The notes under the pieces: model-generated
Database searches by the model: none
What the model was told of the DNA's origin: nothing
Seen by the model: the letters and a program-made list of their open reading frames with translations, nothing else
Made by a program: the position numbers and the translations under genes
NCBI GenBank assembly: GCA_965216875.1
Contig: OZ244207.1
Coordinates: 6,119,470 to 6,183,469 of the forward strand
DNA from: Rubripirellula sp.
GTDB taxonomy: Bacteria > Planctomycetota > Planctomycetia > Pirellulales > Pirellulaceae
Direction: 5' to 3'
Length of the DNA: 64,000 nt
In this document: piece after piece, positions 37,232 to 47,530 of the stretch
How positions within the stretch are numbered: position 1 is the first letter of the stretch
How the letters are laid out: the number at the start of each line of letters is the position of its first letter

Positions 37232-39391
37232 ATGAGAGCATCGCTGATACGCGAACTCGTACAACTGCAAAGCAGAATGAAAGCTCACCTCTTTCTTTTA
37301 CGTCTGATCGTCGTTGCGCTCATTGCCTACGCCCACCACGCAACCGCGCAAGACTTACCGCTTACCAAGATGGATGAGATTCGCCATCTCTCGGTCGAGC
37401 GTGCAGACGAAAACTTGCCAGTGAAGGTGCGCGGTGTCATCACGTACTTTGATCGCCCGTCCCACATCGCGTTCATTCAAGACGAAACGGGTGGCGTTTA
37501 CTTTTCGCCGAAAGACACAACACTCAATTCGATTGACCCACAAGGCTCGCTCGTTCCGGGAACCGAAGTCGAAATGACGGGCCTTACCATTCCTGGCGGT
37601 TTCGCACCTTGTATCGGATTGGAAATCGTTGCGACACCGTACGGCCCCGTCGATTTTCCCAAGCCGCTCTATCCGGTACGCAGTCGACTGGTTGACCCCA
37701 AGTTTGACAGCCAGTGGATTGAACTCGAAGCGACAGTTTGCGATGCCGAAATCGTTAACCGCCAACTGCTCTTGAAGATCGCGTTCGATGGCCAACAGTA
37801 CGAGGCCGTTGTCACGGGAGACTGGACGAACAAACCTGTCCCTGAAGACTTGGTCAACTCCGATGTTCGCATGCGAGGCGTTTTTGGATCGGTATACAAC
37901 CAACAAAGACAACTCGTTCAGATGCGTGTCTTCATTCCGTCGATCGAATTCATTTCGGTCATCGACTCAGGCTATGAGCAAGCGTTCGCTCAACCGTCGC
38001 GTGCTATTCCAGACGTCATGAAATTCAACCCGAAGTTGCTCGGTCGCGTGCGTGTCCAAGGCACCGTACTTGCCAACTTTTCTTCCGAGAGCATCTTTGT
38101 ACGCGGCCCGGGTGGTGCCATTCAGGTCCAGACGTTGTCACCCGAACCGATCAAGCCTGGCGAAAGAGTCGATATCGTTGGCTTCCCCACACCTGGCGAT
38201 ATTACCCCGAGCCTGAAGGACGCCGTCATTCGACCCGACACGTCGGCGACAACCAAGCCGATCAGCCTCGATCCGATCGACGTCCAACGCGGTCGCCTCG
38301 ATGGGGCACACCTGCACGGTGAATTGATTCGCACCGAAGCACGCGTCGTCGATCACTTTCATCGACCTTACGATTCGATGATTGTTCTTGAATCGGTCGG
38401 TGGTCGATTCTATGCACGCGTTCCTCATGGCGGCGAACCACTGGAACGATCAAGTTGGATTTCACTGACAGGCATTTGCATTTTGCAGCCCAACATTGGA
38501 GCGCCAAACACCATCGTCGATAACGCGGGGTCGGCGGATCTTGCGACCCAGTATTCGATGAGCATGATCGTTCGCTCAGACGATGACATCGTCGTTTTGC
38601 AACTTCCCTCCTGGTGGACTCCACAGCGGATTGCAACCATCGCGATCGTGCTGGGCGCCATTTTGATCGCTGCCGTTGTTTGGGTGATCATGCTTGGCCA
38701 GAAGGTTCGAGTGCAAACCAAGGTGATCGAAACGAGAATCGAAAAACAACGCGTCGCCGAGGAGCGTGCCAGAATCGCCCGCGAACTACACGACACTCTC
38801 GAGCAAGAGCTTGTCGGGATCACCATGCAACTTGATCATGCTGCGTCGCGACTCACCTCAGCGCCCGTTCGTGCACAGGAATCGATCGATCTGGCGCGTG
38901 CAATGTTGCGACACAGTCAAGCGGAAGCGAGACGATCCGTTTGGGACCTGCATGCCCCATCGGTTAGTGGTGATTACCTGGCCAAAGCGCTCGACGAAAT
39001 GGTCGCGCAATTGAGTTTGCCCGATGGCCCCGTCATCGAACTCAGTGTTGACGACGGCGTTTCACAGCTGCGCGGCCGGTTTGCCAATCACATCCTGCGG
39101 ATTGCTCAAGAAGCACTCACCAACGCGGTCAAACATGCTCGACCGACGCGGATTTCGATCAAGATCACCAGCAATGGCGATGACTTTCGTTTGAGCGTTT
39201 CGGATGACGGTTGCGGGTTCGACATCGCCGATCGACCCAGCACGGCCGACGGCCACTTTGGACTTTCGGGGATGCAAGAACGAGCCGGAAAAGTTCACGG
39301 CGTATTGGATCTCGATAGCCAACCCGATGCCGGCACGACGCTGACATTGACCGTTCCGATTGCCGCAACCAACTCGGAAACGCTCTCCTAA
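37232..39391 (+). CDS. Sensor histidine kinase (HisKA_3/NarX-type) with a large periplasmic sensor region
   Basis: Start is at ATG 37232 (MRASLIRE...) or 37277 (MKAHLFLLRLIVVALIAYAHHATAQ). A second TM segment is IATIAIVLGAILIAAVVWVIML. H-box: RIARELHDTLEQELVGI. ATPase boxes: EALTNAVKHA, DDGCGFD and GLSGMQERA. Confidence 0.85.
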   Translation: MRASLIRELVQLQSRMKAHLFLLRLIVVALIAYAHHATAQDLPLTKMDEIRHLSVERADENLPVKVRGVITYFDRPSHIAFIQDETGGVYFSPKDTTLNSIDPQGSLVPGTEVEMTGLTIPGGFAPCIGLEIVATPYGPVDFPKPLYPVRSRLVDPKFDSQWIELEATVCDAEIVNRQLLLKIAFDGQQYEAVVTGDWTNKPVPEDLVNSDVRMRGVFGSVYNQQRQLVQMRVFIPSIEFISVIDSGYEQAFAQPSRAIPDVMKFNPKLLGRVRVQGTVLANFSSESIFVRGPGGAIQVQTLSPEPIKPGERVDIVGFPTPGDITPSLKDAVIRPDTSATTKPISLDPIDVQRGRLDGAHLHGELIRTEARVVDHFHRPYDSMIVLESVGGRFYARVPHGGEPLERSSWISLTGICILQPNIGAPNTIVDNAGSADLATQYSMSMIVRSDDDIVVLQLPSWWTPQRIATIAIVLGAILIAAVVWVIMLGQKVRVQTKVIETRIEKQRVAEERARIARELHDTLEQELVGITMQLDHAASRLTSAPVRAQESIDLARAMLRHSQAEARRSVWDLHAPSVSGDYLAKALDEMVAQLSLPDGPVIELSVDDGVSQLRGRFANHILRIAQEALTNAVKHARPTRISIKITSNGDDFRLSVSDDGCGFDIADRPSTADGHFGLSGMQERAGKVHGVLDLDSQPDAGTTLTLTVPIAATNSETLS

Positions 39392-40023
39392 TCGAGGTGC
39401 ACGATGCCTCGTTGAATGGCCGCCGTCACCGCCTGCGTTCGGTCCATCACCTCGAGTTTTTGAAAGAGGTGGCCGATATGCAATTTGACCGTCGCTTGTG
39501 AGATCTTCATCGCCGACGCAATCTCCTTGTTGCTGAAGCCTCCAACGAGGAACTCGAGGGCTTGAAGCTCGCGCGGAGTGAGGTTCGACCGATCACGCCG
39601 CAACTGAAGCTTCCTTTCAACGTCAGCCGGAAAATAGCTGCCGCCACCCGCAACCGTTTGGATCGCTCTGATCAGCTCGCTTCGATCGGTCGACTTAGGC
39701 AAGTACGCCGATGCACCCGCTTCCACACAGCGAAAAATGTCCTCTTCGCTCTCATTGACGGACAACATCAAGCACCGAAACGATTCGTCGCGCCGACTCA
39801 ATTCGGTCAGAACTTCCGTCCCTCGCATGTCGGGAAGCAACAGGTCAAGAATCATCACGTCCGGCCGCAATTCGACGAACATCTCGATGGCTTGACCGCC
39901 GGAGGTCGCCTGTCCAACGACTTCAATCGACCCTTCGTCGCGCAAGGAATCCGCCAATCCCATGCGTACAAAAAAGTGGTCATCGACGAGTAGAAGACGT
40001 AGCGGTTCGGTCGGTTCAATCAT
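39388..40023 (-). CDS. NarL/LuxR-family response regulator (REC + HTH_LuxR)
   Basis: REC domain: LLLVDDHFFVRMGL...PDVMILDLLLPDM. HTH domain: LTPRELQALEFLVGGFSNKEIASAMKISQATVKLHIGHLFQKLEV. Its stop codon overlaps the kinase stop (39388-39391). Confidence 0.9.
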   Translation of the reverse strand: MIEPTEPLRLLLVDDHFFVRMGLADSLRDEGSIEVVGQATSGGQAIEMFVELRPDVMILDLLLPDMRGTEVLTELSRRDESFRCLMLSVNESEEDIFRCVEAGASAYLPKSTDRSELIRAIQTVAGGGSYFPADVERKLQLRRDRSNLTPRELQALEFLVGGFSNKEIASAMKISQATVKLHIGHLFQKLEVMDRTQAVTAAIQRGIVHLD

Positions 40024-40124
40024 ACTTTTGCTGGTCGTTTGATTCGCGAAAGAGAACGGTCTTCCGGATTTGCGAACGTCACAACCTAGCGAAAGTTACC
40101 CTCGAATGCCAATTATTTACATCG

Positions 40125-40203
40125 TGAGCCGAACGCGCTAGCGTCGGGCCCTGCACTCGTCCTACGCCGCTGGGAGGGGCCCGACGCTAGCGCGTTCGGC
40201 TCA
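40125..40203. repeat. Perfect 27-bp inverted repeat formed by two head-to-head copies of module A
   Basis: TGAGCCGAACGCGCTAGCGTCGGGCCC at 40125-40151 and its exact reverse complement at 40177-40203, separated by a 25-nt spacer. Confidence 0.95.
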
Positions 40204-40259
40204 GGCCAAGAGGACACGGCGCGAAAGGCGGCATTGTGCGGACCTCAATGCAGATTCGA

Positions 40260-41150
40260 TCAGTCCTTCAACTCAACCTTGCCATCACCCTCGTAGGGCT
40301 TCAACAGATCCCCTCGGCGACGGGCAATCACGCTTTGTGCATCACCCGGTGAAAGTGTCGCTGGACCTTCACTCGTAAGCTCGACCTCGACATCGACGCT
40401 CTTCGCCTCGCCTCCTTTGCGGGGCACGAGCTGGATCTTGAACAACTTCGTTGCCGGCGGATTTGAGGCAGCGGCTTCGATGTCCTTGATCTGATAAAGA
40501 CGCTGCAATTGATTGGGGTACAACACGAGGTCGCCGCCAGAGGTGGACCATCCGCTGCCGCGGAAATTAGTTAGTCCGACGTTGCCCGATTGGGTCTCGA
40601 ACGCTTCGCTGGACGATGTCAACTTCCACGAGACGTCGTCCCCGTCGCGATCCGTATCAAGATCAAACTGGTACGCTGCATCCCCGGGCAAGTCGACTTT
40701 CCAATCGAGATCGTCGTCCTCGGGCGTGACTCCGTTTTCATCGGGCAAATGCTTAACCCGCATCTTGATGATTAGCCGGTGATTCCCTGCGGGCAACCAA
40801 AGCGCGAGACCGTCGTCCCCTCGGTGATTGAGAAACAGGTGGCCGGTCGCGAATTTTGGCAAATCTTCAACAACGCGGCACTGACGCATCAAGCTCCACA
40901 CGACCTGTTTGTTTTCTTGAATCTGTGATCGTGCGTCAGCAAGTTCCGAAGTGAGTGTGTTCAATTCATGCCGGCGAAGTTCCAACCATTCAATGCGCGC
41001 GTCGGTTTCCTCGATGCGTTGTCGGCTGTACCAGATCGATCCCGCCAAGACGAACGCGATCCCACACATAACTGACAAAATCAGCGTGCTGATCGCGCGA
41101 TCACGACGGCGGCGACTGCCTGTCTTACTATCGGTGTCGAGCTCAATCAT
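40260..41150 (-). CDS. Hypothetical protein: N-terminal TM anchor, coiled coil, C-terminal beta-rich domain
   Basis: TM segment: AISTLILSVMCGIAFVLAGSIWY. Coiled coil: IEWLELRRHELNTLTSELADARSQIQ. ATGA overlaps the upstream gene (41147-41150). Confidence 0.7.
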   Translation of the reverse strand: MIELDTDSKTGSRRRRDRAISTLILSVMCGIAFVLAGSIWYSRQRIEETDARIEWLELRRHELNTLTSELADARSQIQENKQVVWSLMRQCRVVEDLPKFATGHLFLNHRGDDGLALWLPAGNHRLIIKMRVKHLPDENGVTPEDDDLDWKVDLPGDAAYQFDLDTDRDGDDVSWKLTSSSEAFETQSGNVGLTNFRGSGWSTSGGDLVLYPNQLQRLYQIKDIEAAASNPPATKLFKIQLVPRKGGEAKSVDVEVELTSEGPATLSPGDAQSVIARRRGDLLKPYEGDGKVELKD

Positions 41151-41965
41151 TGCATGGGGAACTCTTTAAAATTGCCGTCGTTCTCGCTTAACCAAATCGA
41201 AAAGCCAAACGACTTGGGCGGCCGGTTCCCGCTTTCATCCTGCAGACTCATGTTGCCCGTAAAAAGATTAGGAAGCTTGCGGTCGGGACCGTAGTCGATT
41301 TGCTGCTTTCCCGACACATGCATTGAACCGGCGCCGGTGACATGTGGCGACCGAAATGCAGTTTCAAGCAACAATTGATCGTCAAGCTGAAGCTTCACCG
41401 GCAACAAACCGTCAACGGAACTCCCAACGCCAACGCGAACCAAGTGTTCGCCGGGTGCGAGCTCATAGGCGAAGGGGCCCGAATCGTCAAACGGCGACTC
41501 ATCAAGCAGATCGCCTTCTTGTTCGCCGCCGCGCGCACTTTGGATACCCGATTTGGTTTCGTGCACGCCGTACTTGATCCAGACCTTTCGGTCTTCGGGG
41601 ACCCAAACCCGAAAGACAACGGGAATGTCGCTCCCGTGAAGCCTGATCGTCGGCAACGTTCGCATCGAAACGATGTCCCGACCGGCTGGCTCGATCTTGC
41701 CGTACTTCTTGATCAGTGTCTCGACGTGCTGCTCGCACGTCTCGCGTGCCTTGCGCATCTGATCCGCTTCATCAAGCACGATCAACATCGACTTGTGAAG
41801 TTCAGGACTTTTGACCAACAGCGAAGCCTCTTTCGTATCGACTTCGCTCGCCAATTGCTCAAGCGTTATTTGCTTCGCCTTGACTTCGTTGTCGGCGCGC
41901 CACGCCACCATCGCCAAAGCGGCAACGAGCGCCAACGCCAACATTTCTCGGATCGAAAACCTCAT
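41147..41965 (-). CDS. Hypothetical protein: planctomycete-type N-terminus (MRFSIREMLALALVAALAMVAW), coiled coil, beta-rich domain
   Basis: It has the same three-part layout as the downstream gene. The segments ELAPGEHLVRVGV and LWLPAGNHRLIIKM are similar. Confidence 0.7.
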   Translation of the reverse strand: MRFSIREMLALALVAALAMVAWRADNEVKAKQITLEQLASEVDTKEASLLVKSPELHKSMLIVLDEADQMRKARETCEQHVETLIKKYGKIEPAGRDIVSMRTLPTIRLHGSDIPVVFRVWVPEDRKVWIKYGVHETKSGIQSARGGEQEGDLLDESPFDDSGPFAYELAPGEHLVRVGVGSSVDGLLPVKLQLDDQLLLETAFRSPHVTGAGSMHVSGKQQIDYGPDRKLPNLFTGNMSLQDESGNRPPKSFGFSIWLSENDGNFKEFPMQ

Positions 41966-42019
41966 GCGACCACTTTAACCGATCCACCGTCGGTCGTTGT
42001 GGCACGTGCGGCCGGCGAT

Positions 42020-43450
42020 CTAGGAGATAATGTCGTGCAAAATATGCCCATGAACGTCGGTCAAACGGAATCGACGTCCTTGATACTTGAACGTCAATCG
42101 TTCGTGATCGATGCCCATCAGGTGCAAGATGGTTGCGTTGAAATCGTGCACATGGACCCCTTTTTCGGCAACGTTGTAGCCGAATTCGTCGGTCACGCCG
42201 TAACTGATTCCGGGCTTGATTCCACCGCCAGCCATCCAGCTCGTAAAACATCGCGGATGGTGGTCGCGGCCATAGTTTTCTTTGGTCAGCGTACCCTGCG
42301 AATAGGGCGTACGCCCAAACTCGCCGCCCCAAATCACCAAGGTGTCGTCCAGGAGCCCGCGTTGTTTCAGATCGGCAACCAACGCCGCCGATGCTTGATC
42401 CGTTTCTTTTGCTTGACCGCGAATCTGTTTCGGCAGATTCGAATGCTGGTCCCAGCCTTGGTGGTACAGCTGAATAAAGCGAACATCCCGCTCGGCCAAA
42501 CGGCGTGCGAGCAAGCAGTTCGCTGCGAACGTTCCTGGCTTCTTTGCATCTTCGCCGTAAAGCTCAAACGTCGACTCTGGCTCATCTGAAAAATCGGTCG
42601 CATCCGGCACACTCGTCTGCATGCGGTATGCCATTTCGTATTGCGCAATCCGCGATTCGATCTCGGGATCAAGTTCTTTTTCGAACTGATGTTGGTTGAG
42701 CTTGGCAATGGCATCCAATTGCACGCGCCGCCGCGCAGGCGTCACGCCACCAGGATTGGATAGGTAAAGCACGGGGTCGGCACCGCTTCGAAACTGAACT
42801 CCTTGGTGTTTCGAATCAAGGAATCCGTTGCCCCAAAGACGGGCATAAAGTGGTTGACCACCCTGGCCGGACGAAACCAACACAATGAACGCGGGCAAGT
42901 CTTGGTTTTCGCTTCCCAGCCCATACGACAACCAAGCGCCAAGTGATGGCCGACCCGCGATCTGTGACCCCGTTTGAAAGAACGTGATCGCCGGGTCGTG
43001 GTTGATCGCTTCGGTGTACATCGATTTCACGAAGCAAACGTCGTCGGCAATCTTTTGGTGATGAGGCAAAAGATCACTCAGCCAAGCTCCAGACTCGCCG
43101 TGTTGCGAGAACTTGAAGTGCGATCCAGCCAGCGGCAGAGACGATTGATTGACCGACATTCCCGTCAAACGTTGACCGCCACGCACCGAGTCGGGAAGCT
43201 CTTCACCATTGAGCTGATTCAGCAGCGGCTTGTGATCAAATAGATCGACGTGCGCCGGGCCGCCCGATTGGAAGAGGTAAATGATCCGTTTGGCGCGAGG
43301 CTTGACGTATTGCGCATCGCCAAGCTCTGCAGCATTCGCTTCGCCAACCAAACTCGACAGCGCAGCCACACCAATGCCGGCGCTACTACGTTTAAAGAAG
43401 TGACGCCGATTCACCCCGAGCAAATCTTCTGTATGCATCGTCTTTCTCAT
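42020..43450 (-). CDS. DUF1501 (sulfatase-fold) protein with a TAT signal
   Basis: ATG at 43450 overlaps the upstream stop as ATGA (43447-43450). TAT signal: [29 protein letters not shown]-terminal block: [21 protein letters not shown]. Confidence 0.9.
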   Translation of the reverse strand: MRKTMHTEDLLGVNRRHFFKRSSAGIGVAALSSLVGEANAAELGDAQYVKPRAKRIIYLFQSGGPAHVDLFDHKPLLNQLNGEELPDSVRGGQRLTGMSVNQSSLPLAGSHFKFSQHGESGAWLSDLLPHHQKIADDVCFVKSMYTEAINHDPAITFFQTGSQIAGRPSLGAWLSYGLGSENQDLPAFIVLVSSGQGGQPLYARLWGNGFLDSKHQGVQFRSGADPVLYLSNPGGVTPARRRVQLDAIAKLNQHQFEKELDPEIESRIAQYEMAYRMQTSVPDATDFSDEPESTFELYGEDAKKPGTFAANCLLARRLAERDVRFIQLYHQGWDQHSNLPKQIRGQAKETDQASAALVADLKQRGLLDDTLVIWGGEFGRTPYSQGTLTKENYGRDHHPRCFTSWMAGGGIKPGISYGVTDEFGYNVAEKGVHVHDFNATILHLMGIDHERLTFKYQGRRFRLTDVHGHILHDIIS

Positions 43451-46400
43451 CGTTTCCAAATCGTTGCGTCCAGGTTCAAAATCGCTTGACACACGGTTGT
43501 CAGAGCGGCCACTTCGGCGACGTTTTGATCGTCGCTCGACGGATGATCCCCCAGGGCGACAAAGCCCTTAGCAGCCTCGGGGTTCTCCTTGAAATACTCA
43601 CGTTCTGAGTCGAGCAGATCGCTCAAGATGGTGAGTTCTTGTTGGTCAGGTTTCCGCGAAGCAAATCGCACAAACGCTGCGGTGATTCGCTGCTTGTCGC
43701 CATCAATCGCCATGACCGATTGAGCCATCGAACGCGACGCTTCGACGAATTGCACGTCGTTCAAAAGCACAAGAGCTTGAAGCGGTGTGTTGGTGCGAGT
43801 GCGTTTGACCATGCACACTTCGCGAGTCGACGTGTCGAACGCGAGCATGTTCGGAAGCGGCACCGTTCGTTTCCATACGGAATAGAGTGAGCGCCGGTAA
43901 AGTGACCGGCCAACCGACTGTTTGTAAGCGGGTGACATCGAGTTGGCTTCGCGCCAAAGGTCCTCGCCCGGCTGGTAGGGTGATACCGGAGGGCCACCCA
44001 TCTTGTCGTTCATCAAGCCCGAAGCGGACAGCGCGAGATCGCGAATCTGTTCGGCCGTCAGTCGGTACGCTGGCCCACGAGCCAAGAATCGGTTGGTGGG
44101 GTCCGCGTCGATCTTTTCCTTTCCGGCAACCGAATCCTGTCGGTAGGTCGATGACAAAACAACCTGTTTGCAGAAACGTTTGACGTCCCAACCGTTGCTG
44201 ACAAAATCGCGAGCCAACCAGTCGATCAACTTGGGGTGCGTCGGTAATTCGCCCTGTTGTCCAAAGTTCTCGGGAGTTCGCACCAAGGGCTCGGCAAAGA
44301 AGTTTGCCCAAAAATGATTCACAGCGACTCGAGCGGTCAACGGATTGTTGGGATCGGTCACCCACTTGGCCAAACCGAGGCGGTTGCGCGGTTGCCCCTC
44401 GGGAAAAGCGAGCGGAAGGTGTTCGAACACGTCGCGTTCAACGCGAGTTTCGTCGCTGGTCGGTGCATCGTATAAACCGCGAGCCAGAATGTGCGTTTCT
44501 CTTGGTTCGCCGTCTTCGATCATGATGGGCACTTCGTCCATCACCTCTTCCGCCATGACCCAGTTATGACGTGCCGTACCGAGTGCTTCAAAAGCCTCGC
44601 GGCATTCTTTGTCAACTGCGGAAACGAAGTACTCGAACGTCGGTTCCGCCGTCGTGTCGCCGGTCGCCATCGCCGTCAGCTCGAACTCCGACAGATTACG
44701 GTTGTAGAGACGCAAATCGTCAATCAACCCTCCAGCGAGGCCGCGTGCACGAAAACGTTGACCAACAACAAATTCGCCGCCGTGATCCACCTTGACGTTA
44801 GCACTCTTTTTCACGTTGTCACGAAGCACAACGGTCTCAAGTGGTTTGCCGTTGAGATAGATCTTCAATCCAGCGGCTTTAGAAGATCCGTCGTAGGTTG
44901 CTGACAGTTGATGCCATACATCAAGAGGGATCGGATCAACCGTACGCACACCGATTGCATTACCAGGCCAGACGCGCGCCATGCGTGATTCGACGTGACC
45001 GTCGATGATCGTCAGATCCCAACCGTTGTAACCACAGTCCGTTCCGCGCGTGTGATGCACGATCAAACTACGGTGGGGAACGCGTTTCGTTTCTCGAAAT
45101 CCAACCGTCACGGTGAAAGGCATCCAGCGGTCGATTGGCTCGATGCCGTGTGTCGTCACGCCGCGTTCACCATCGAGCGAAATCGCTCGACGTGGCTGAG
45201 TTTTTGGGTCACCCTCTGCCTTGTCCGACGCGATGGACTCGGGCATTCGCGCCAGTGTTGAATCTTTCACTTCAACCAAGGGCGACATCGATGACCATCC
45301 GCGATCGCTGACCGACGGGTGGTACACTTCCTTGATGGAGTTGTCGAAGTCTCGGTCGAACCCGAGTGCGAGTCGCAAATCGGGCAAGTTCGCCAACAAC
45401 GTTTCGTCGGTCTTGTAAGACGACTTCCACGTTTCAAACCGCGTTTTTGCAGCTGCGACGGCCGCTTGATACTTCTTCTCGGCGTTACCGAGCTCTTGAA
45501 GTGATTGATCGAGCGCCGCCTGTTGCTCTTCGGTCGGCAACAGCATCGAAGGGCACGGGACTTTTGCCGTGCGGTCGTAGACTCCACTTTCGTCAATCGT
45601 GTTGAAGAACGCGCCCAACGAGTAGTAGTCGCGCATCGAGATTGGATCGTACTTGTGATCGTGACAGCGACTGCATTCCATCGTCAGCCCTAGGACGGCC
45701 GTTCCGAATGTATGGACCCGGTCCGCGACGTTCTCGATCCGCCACTCCTCGAAGACCGCTCCTCCTTCATTGTTCAATCGATGAATTCGGTTGAATGCCG
45801 TTGCAAGTCGCTGATCGCGCGTCGGATTCTCAAGCAAGTCGCCGGCAAGTTGCCATGTCAGAAACTTGTCATACGCCAAGTTGTCATTGAACGCGCGAAC
45901 GACCCAATCGCGATAGGGCCACTGAGTGTTGAGTTTGTCCGATTGATATCCATACGAATCGGCGTACCGCGCCAGGTCCAACCAACCCACCGCCATGTGT
46001 TGGCCGAACGATTTTGATTGCAGCAGTTCATCAACTGCATTCTCGTACGCCTGTTCGCCGCCGGCTTGCACAGCTTCGGAAAACGCTTTGACTTGTTCAG
46101 GTGATGGAGGCAGTCCCGTCAAATCAAGCGTGACGCGGCGGTACCAACGCAGTGGGTCGGCTGGTTTGGTAGGCGAAAATTGGTTGTCTCGCATCCTTTG
46201 CAAGACAAACTTGTCGATCGTCGTTTGACTCCAATCGTCATCGGCCGGTTCCGGTACAGCAACCGATTCAGGCAACAACTCAAACGCCCAATGGTCTTGG
46301 TAGGGTGCGCCTTGCTCAATCCAATCGGCGAGTAGCTTTTTCTCTTTGGCCGTTAGAGTTAGCTTGGTCGCGGGCGGCGGCATGAGCATGTCTTCGTCAT

Positions 46401-46638
46401 CGCTGTTGATGCGATCGACCAACTCACCCGATTCGAAGACGTACTCCGCTTCGTCGCGCACATCGAGCCGCAGCCCAGCCTCGCGTGTGTTCTCGTCGGG
46501 GCCGTGACAGTAGTTGCATTTGTCCGACAAGATCGGGCGTATGTCACGATTGAAATCAATCTCGTCCGCAACCACCGTTGGACTCATCACCAACGCGACG
46601 GCCACGGCGATCTGTTTGGTAAGTGCTTGAGTGTTCAT
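43447..46638 (-). CDS. PSCyt1 (planctomycete cytochrome c) - DUF1549 - LamG-like - DUF1553 giant protein
   Basis: Haem motif: [25 protein letters not shown]1549-like: IDKFVLQRM...[20 protein letters not shown]. LamG-like: [24 protein letters not shown]...[14 protein letters not shown]1553-like: [17 protein letters not shown]. The start is ATG 46638 (MNTQALTK..., signal-like) or 46677. Confidence 0.9.
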   Translation of the reverse strand: MNTQALTKQIAVAVALVMSPTVVADEIDFNRDIRPILSDKCNYCHGPDENTREAGLRLDVRDEAEYVFESGELVDRINSDDEDMLMPPPATKLTLTAKEKKLLADWIEQGAPYQDHWAFELLPESVAVPEPADDDWSQTTIDKFVLQRMRDNQFSPTKPADPLRWYRRVTLDLTGLPPSPEQVKAFSEAVQAGGEQAYENAVDELLQSKSFGQHMAVGWLDLARYADSYGYQSDKLNTQWPYRDWVVRAFNDNLAYDKFLTWQLAGDLLENPTRDQRLATAFNRIHRLNNEGGAVFEEWRIENVADRVHTFGTAVLGLTMECSRCHDHKYDPISMRDYYSLGAFFNTIDESGVYDRTAKVPCPSMLLPTEEQQAALDQSLQELGNAEKKYQAAVAAAKTRFETWKSSYKTDETLLANLPDLRLALGFDRDFDNSIKEVYHPSVSDRGWSSMSPLVEVKDSTLARMPESIASDKAEGDPKTQPRRAISLDGERGVTTHGIEPIDRWMPFTVTVGFRETKRVPHRSLIVHHTRGTDCGYNGWDLTIIDGHVESRMARVWPGNAIGVRTVDPIPLDVWHQLSATYDGSSKAAGLKIYLNGKPLETVVLRDNVKKSANVKVDHGGEFVVGQRFRARGLAGGLIDDLRLYNRNLSEFELTAMATGDTTAEPTFEYFVSAVDKECREAFEALGTARHNWVMAEEVMDEVPIMIEDGEPRETHILARGLYDAPTSDETRVERDVFEHLPLAFPEGQPRNRLGLAKWVTDPNNPLTARVAVNHFWANFFAEPLVRTPENFGQQGELPTHPKLIDWLARDFVSNGWDVKRFCKQVVLSSTYRQDSVAGKEKIDADPTNRFLARGPAYRLTAEQIRDLALSASGLMNDKMGGPPVSPYQPGEDLWREANSMSPAYKQSVGRSLYRRSLYSVWKRTVPLPNMLAFDTSTREVCMVKRTRTNTPLQALVLLNDVQFVEASRSMAQSVMAIDGDKQRITAAFVRFASRKPDQQELTILSDLLDSEREYFKENPEAAKGFVALGDHPSSDDQNVAEVAALTTVCQAILNLDATIWKR

Positions 46639-46671
46639 ACGCCTATTCTGGTTTGCAAAGCCCTTTGCGTC

Positions 46672-46701
46672 TTGCACAAACGCCCAGCGAATTTGTATAA
46701 A
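46672..46701 (+). promoter_or_regulatory. Sigma70-like promoter for the AraC-PAS gene: TTGCAC-N18-TATAAA, ending 6 nt before the ATG
   Basis: TTGCAC is at 46672-46677, TATAAA is at 46696-46701 and the ATG is at 46708. No SD-like sequence fits in the gap. Confidence 0.35.
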
Positions 46702-46707
46702 AACAGC

Positions 46708-47469
46708 ATGGAAAATACCAACATGCGTGACACATTCTTAAACAAACTTGATCCCCCGGATCAGCTTTTTCAGCTCCTGGACTGCTTGCCGGGGCTTTCG
46801 TTTTTCATGAAAGACCGCGACGGAAGGTTCATCGCTCTGAATCAGCGCGGGTGCGAGTATTGCGGGGTTTCCAGCCAGGAAGAGGCGATCGGCATGACCG
46901 ACCACGACTTCTTTCCCAAGCAACGCGCGGATGAATATCGCGCGGACGATGTTGCGGTCATGGAATCGGGCGAAGCGATTGTCAACCGACTCGAAAGCGC
47001 ACCCGAGTCGGAAGGGTCGCCACGACTTGTCGTCACCAGCAAGGTGCCGCTGCGCGACAAGCATGGCACGGTGATTGGCATCGCAGGCTTCTCGCGACAA
47101 GTCGATCAGATGCGTGCCGCTTCGGGTGACGTCGATGCATTTACGGAAGTCGTTCAGGTCATGCACGAACGTTACACCGAACGTCTTCCCTCTGAACAGC
47201 TCGCGGAAATGGCGGGGGTTTCGATCAGTCAATTTGAACGGCGCTTTCGCCGCGCGTTTGGCATGTCGCCTCATCAATACCTAACGCGCATCCGCATCGA
47301 ACATGCAGCGCGACTGTTGCGCGAATCGGATCAATCGATCACCGACATCTCGCATGCAAGTGGCTTTTACGATCACGCGCACTTCAGTCGCACGTTTCGC
47401 AAGTTCATGAACTGCGCACCGTCCGCCTACCGAAGCCAACACAAGATCGCGCAGCACGACGACGACTGA
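46708..47469 (+). CDS. AraC-family transcriptional regulator with an N-terminal PAS-like sensor
   Basis: PAS-like region: FFMKDRDGRFIALNQRGCEYCGV...DDVAVMESGEAIVN. AraC HTH: LAEMAGVSISQFERRFRRAFGMSPHQYLTRIRIEHAARLL...ITDISHASGFYDHAHFSRTFRKF. It is divergent from the PSCyt/DUF1501 operon. Confidence 0.85.
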   Translation: MENTNMRDTFLNKLDPPDQLFQLLDCLPGLSFFMKDRDGRFIALNQRGCEYCGVSSQEEAIGMTDHDFFPKQRADEYRADDVAVMESGEAIVNRLESAPESEGSPRLVVTSKVPLRDKHGTVIGIAGFSRQVDQMRAASGDVDAFTEVVQVMHERYTERLPSEQLAEMAGVSISQFERRFRRAFGMSPHQYLTRIRIEHAARLLRESDQSITDISHASGFYDHAHFSRTFRKFMNCAPSAYRSQHKIAQHDDD

Positions 47470-47530
47470 GCGCGTTGTGCTGGCAGGCGGTAGGCAGAAC
47501 ACAAAGTCTTGGCGAGTGCGAGCTTGCACC

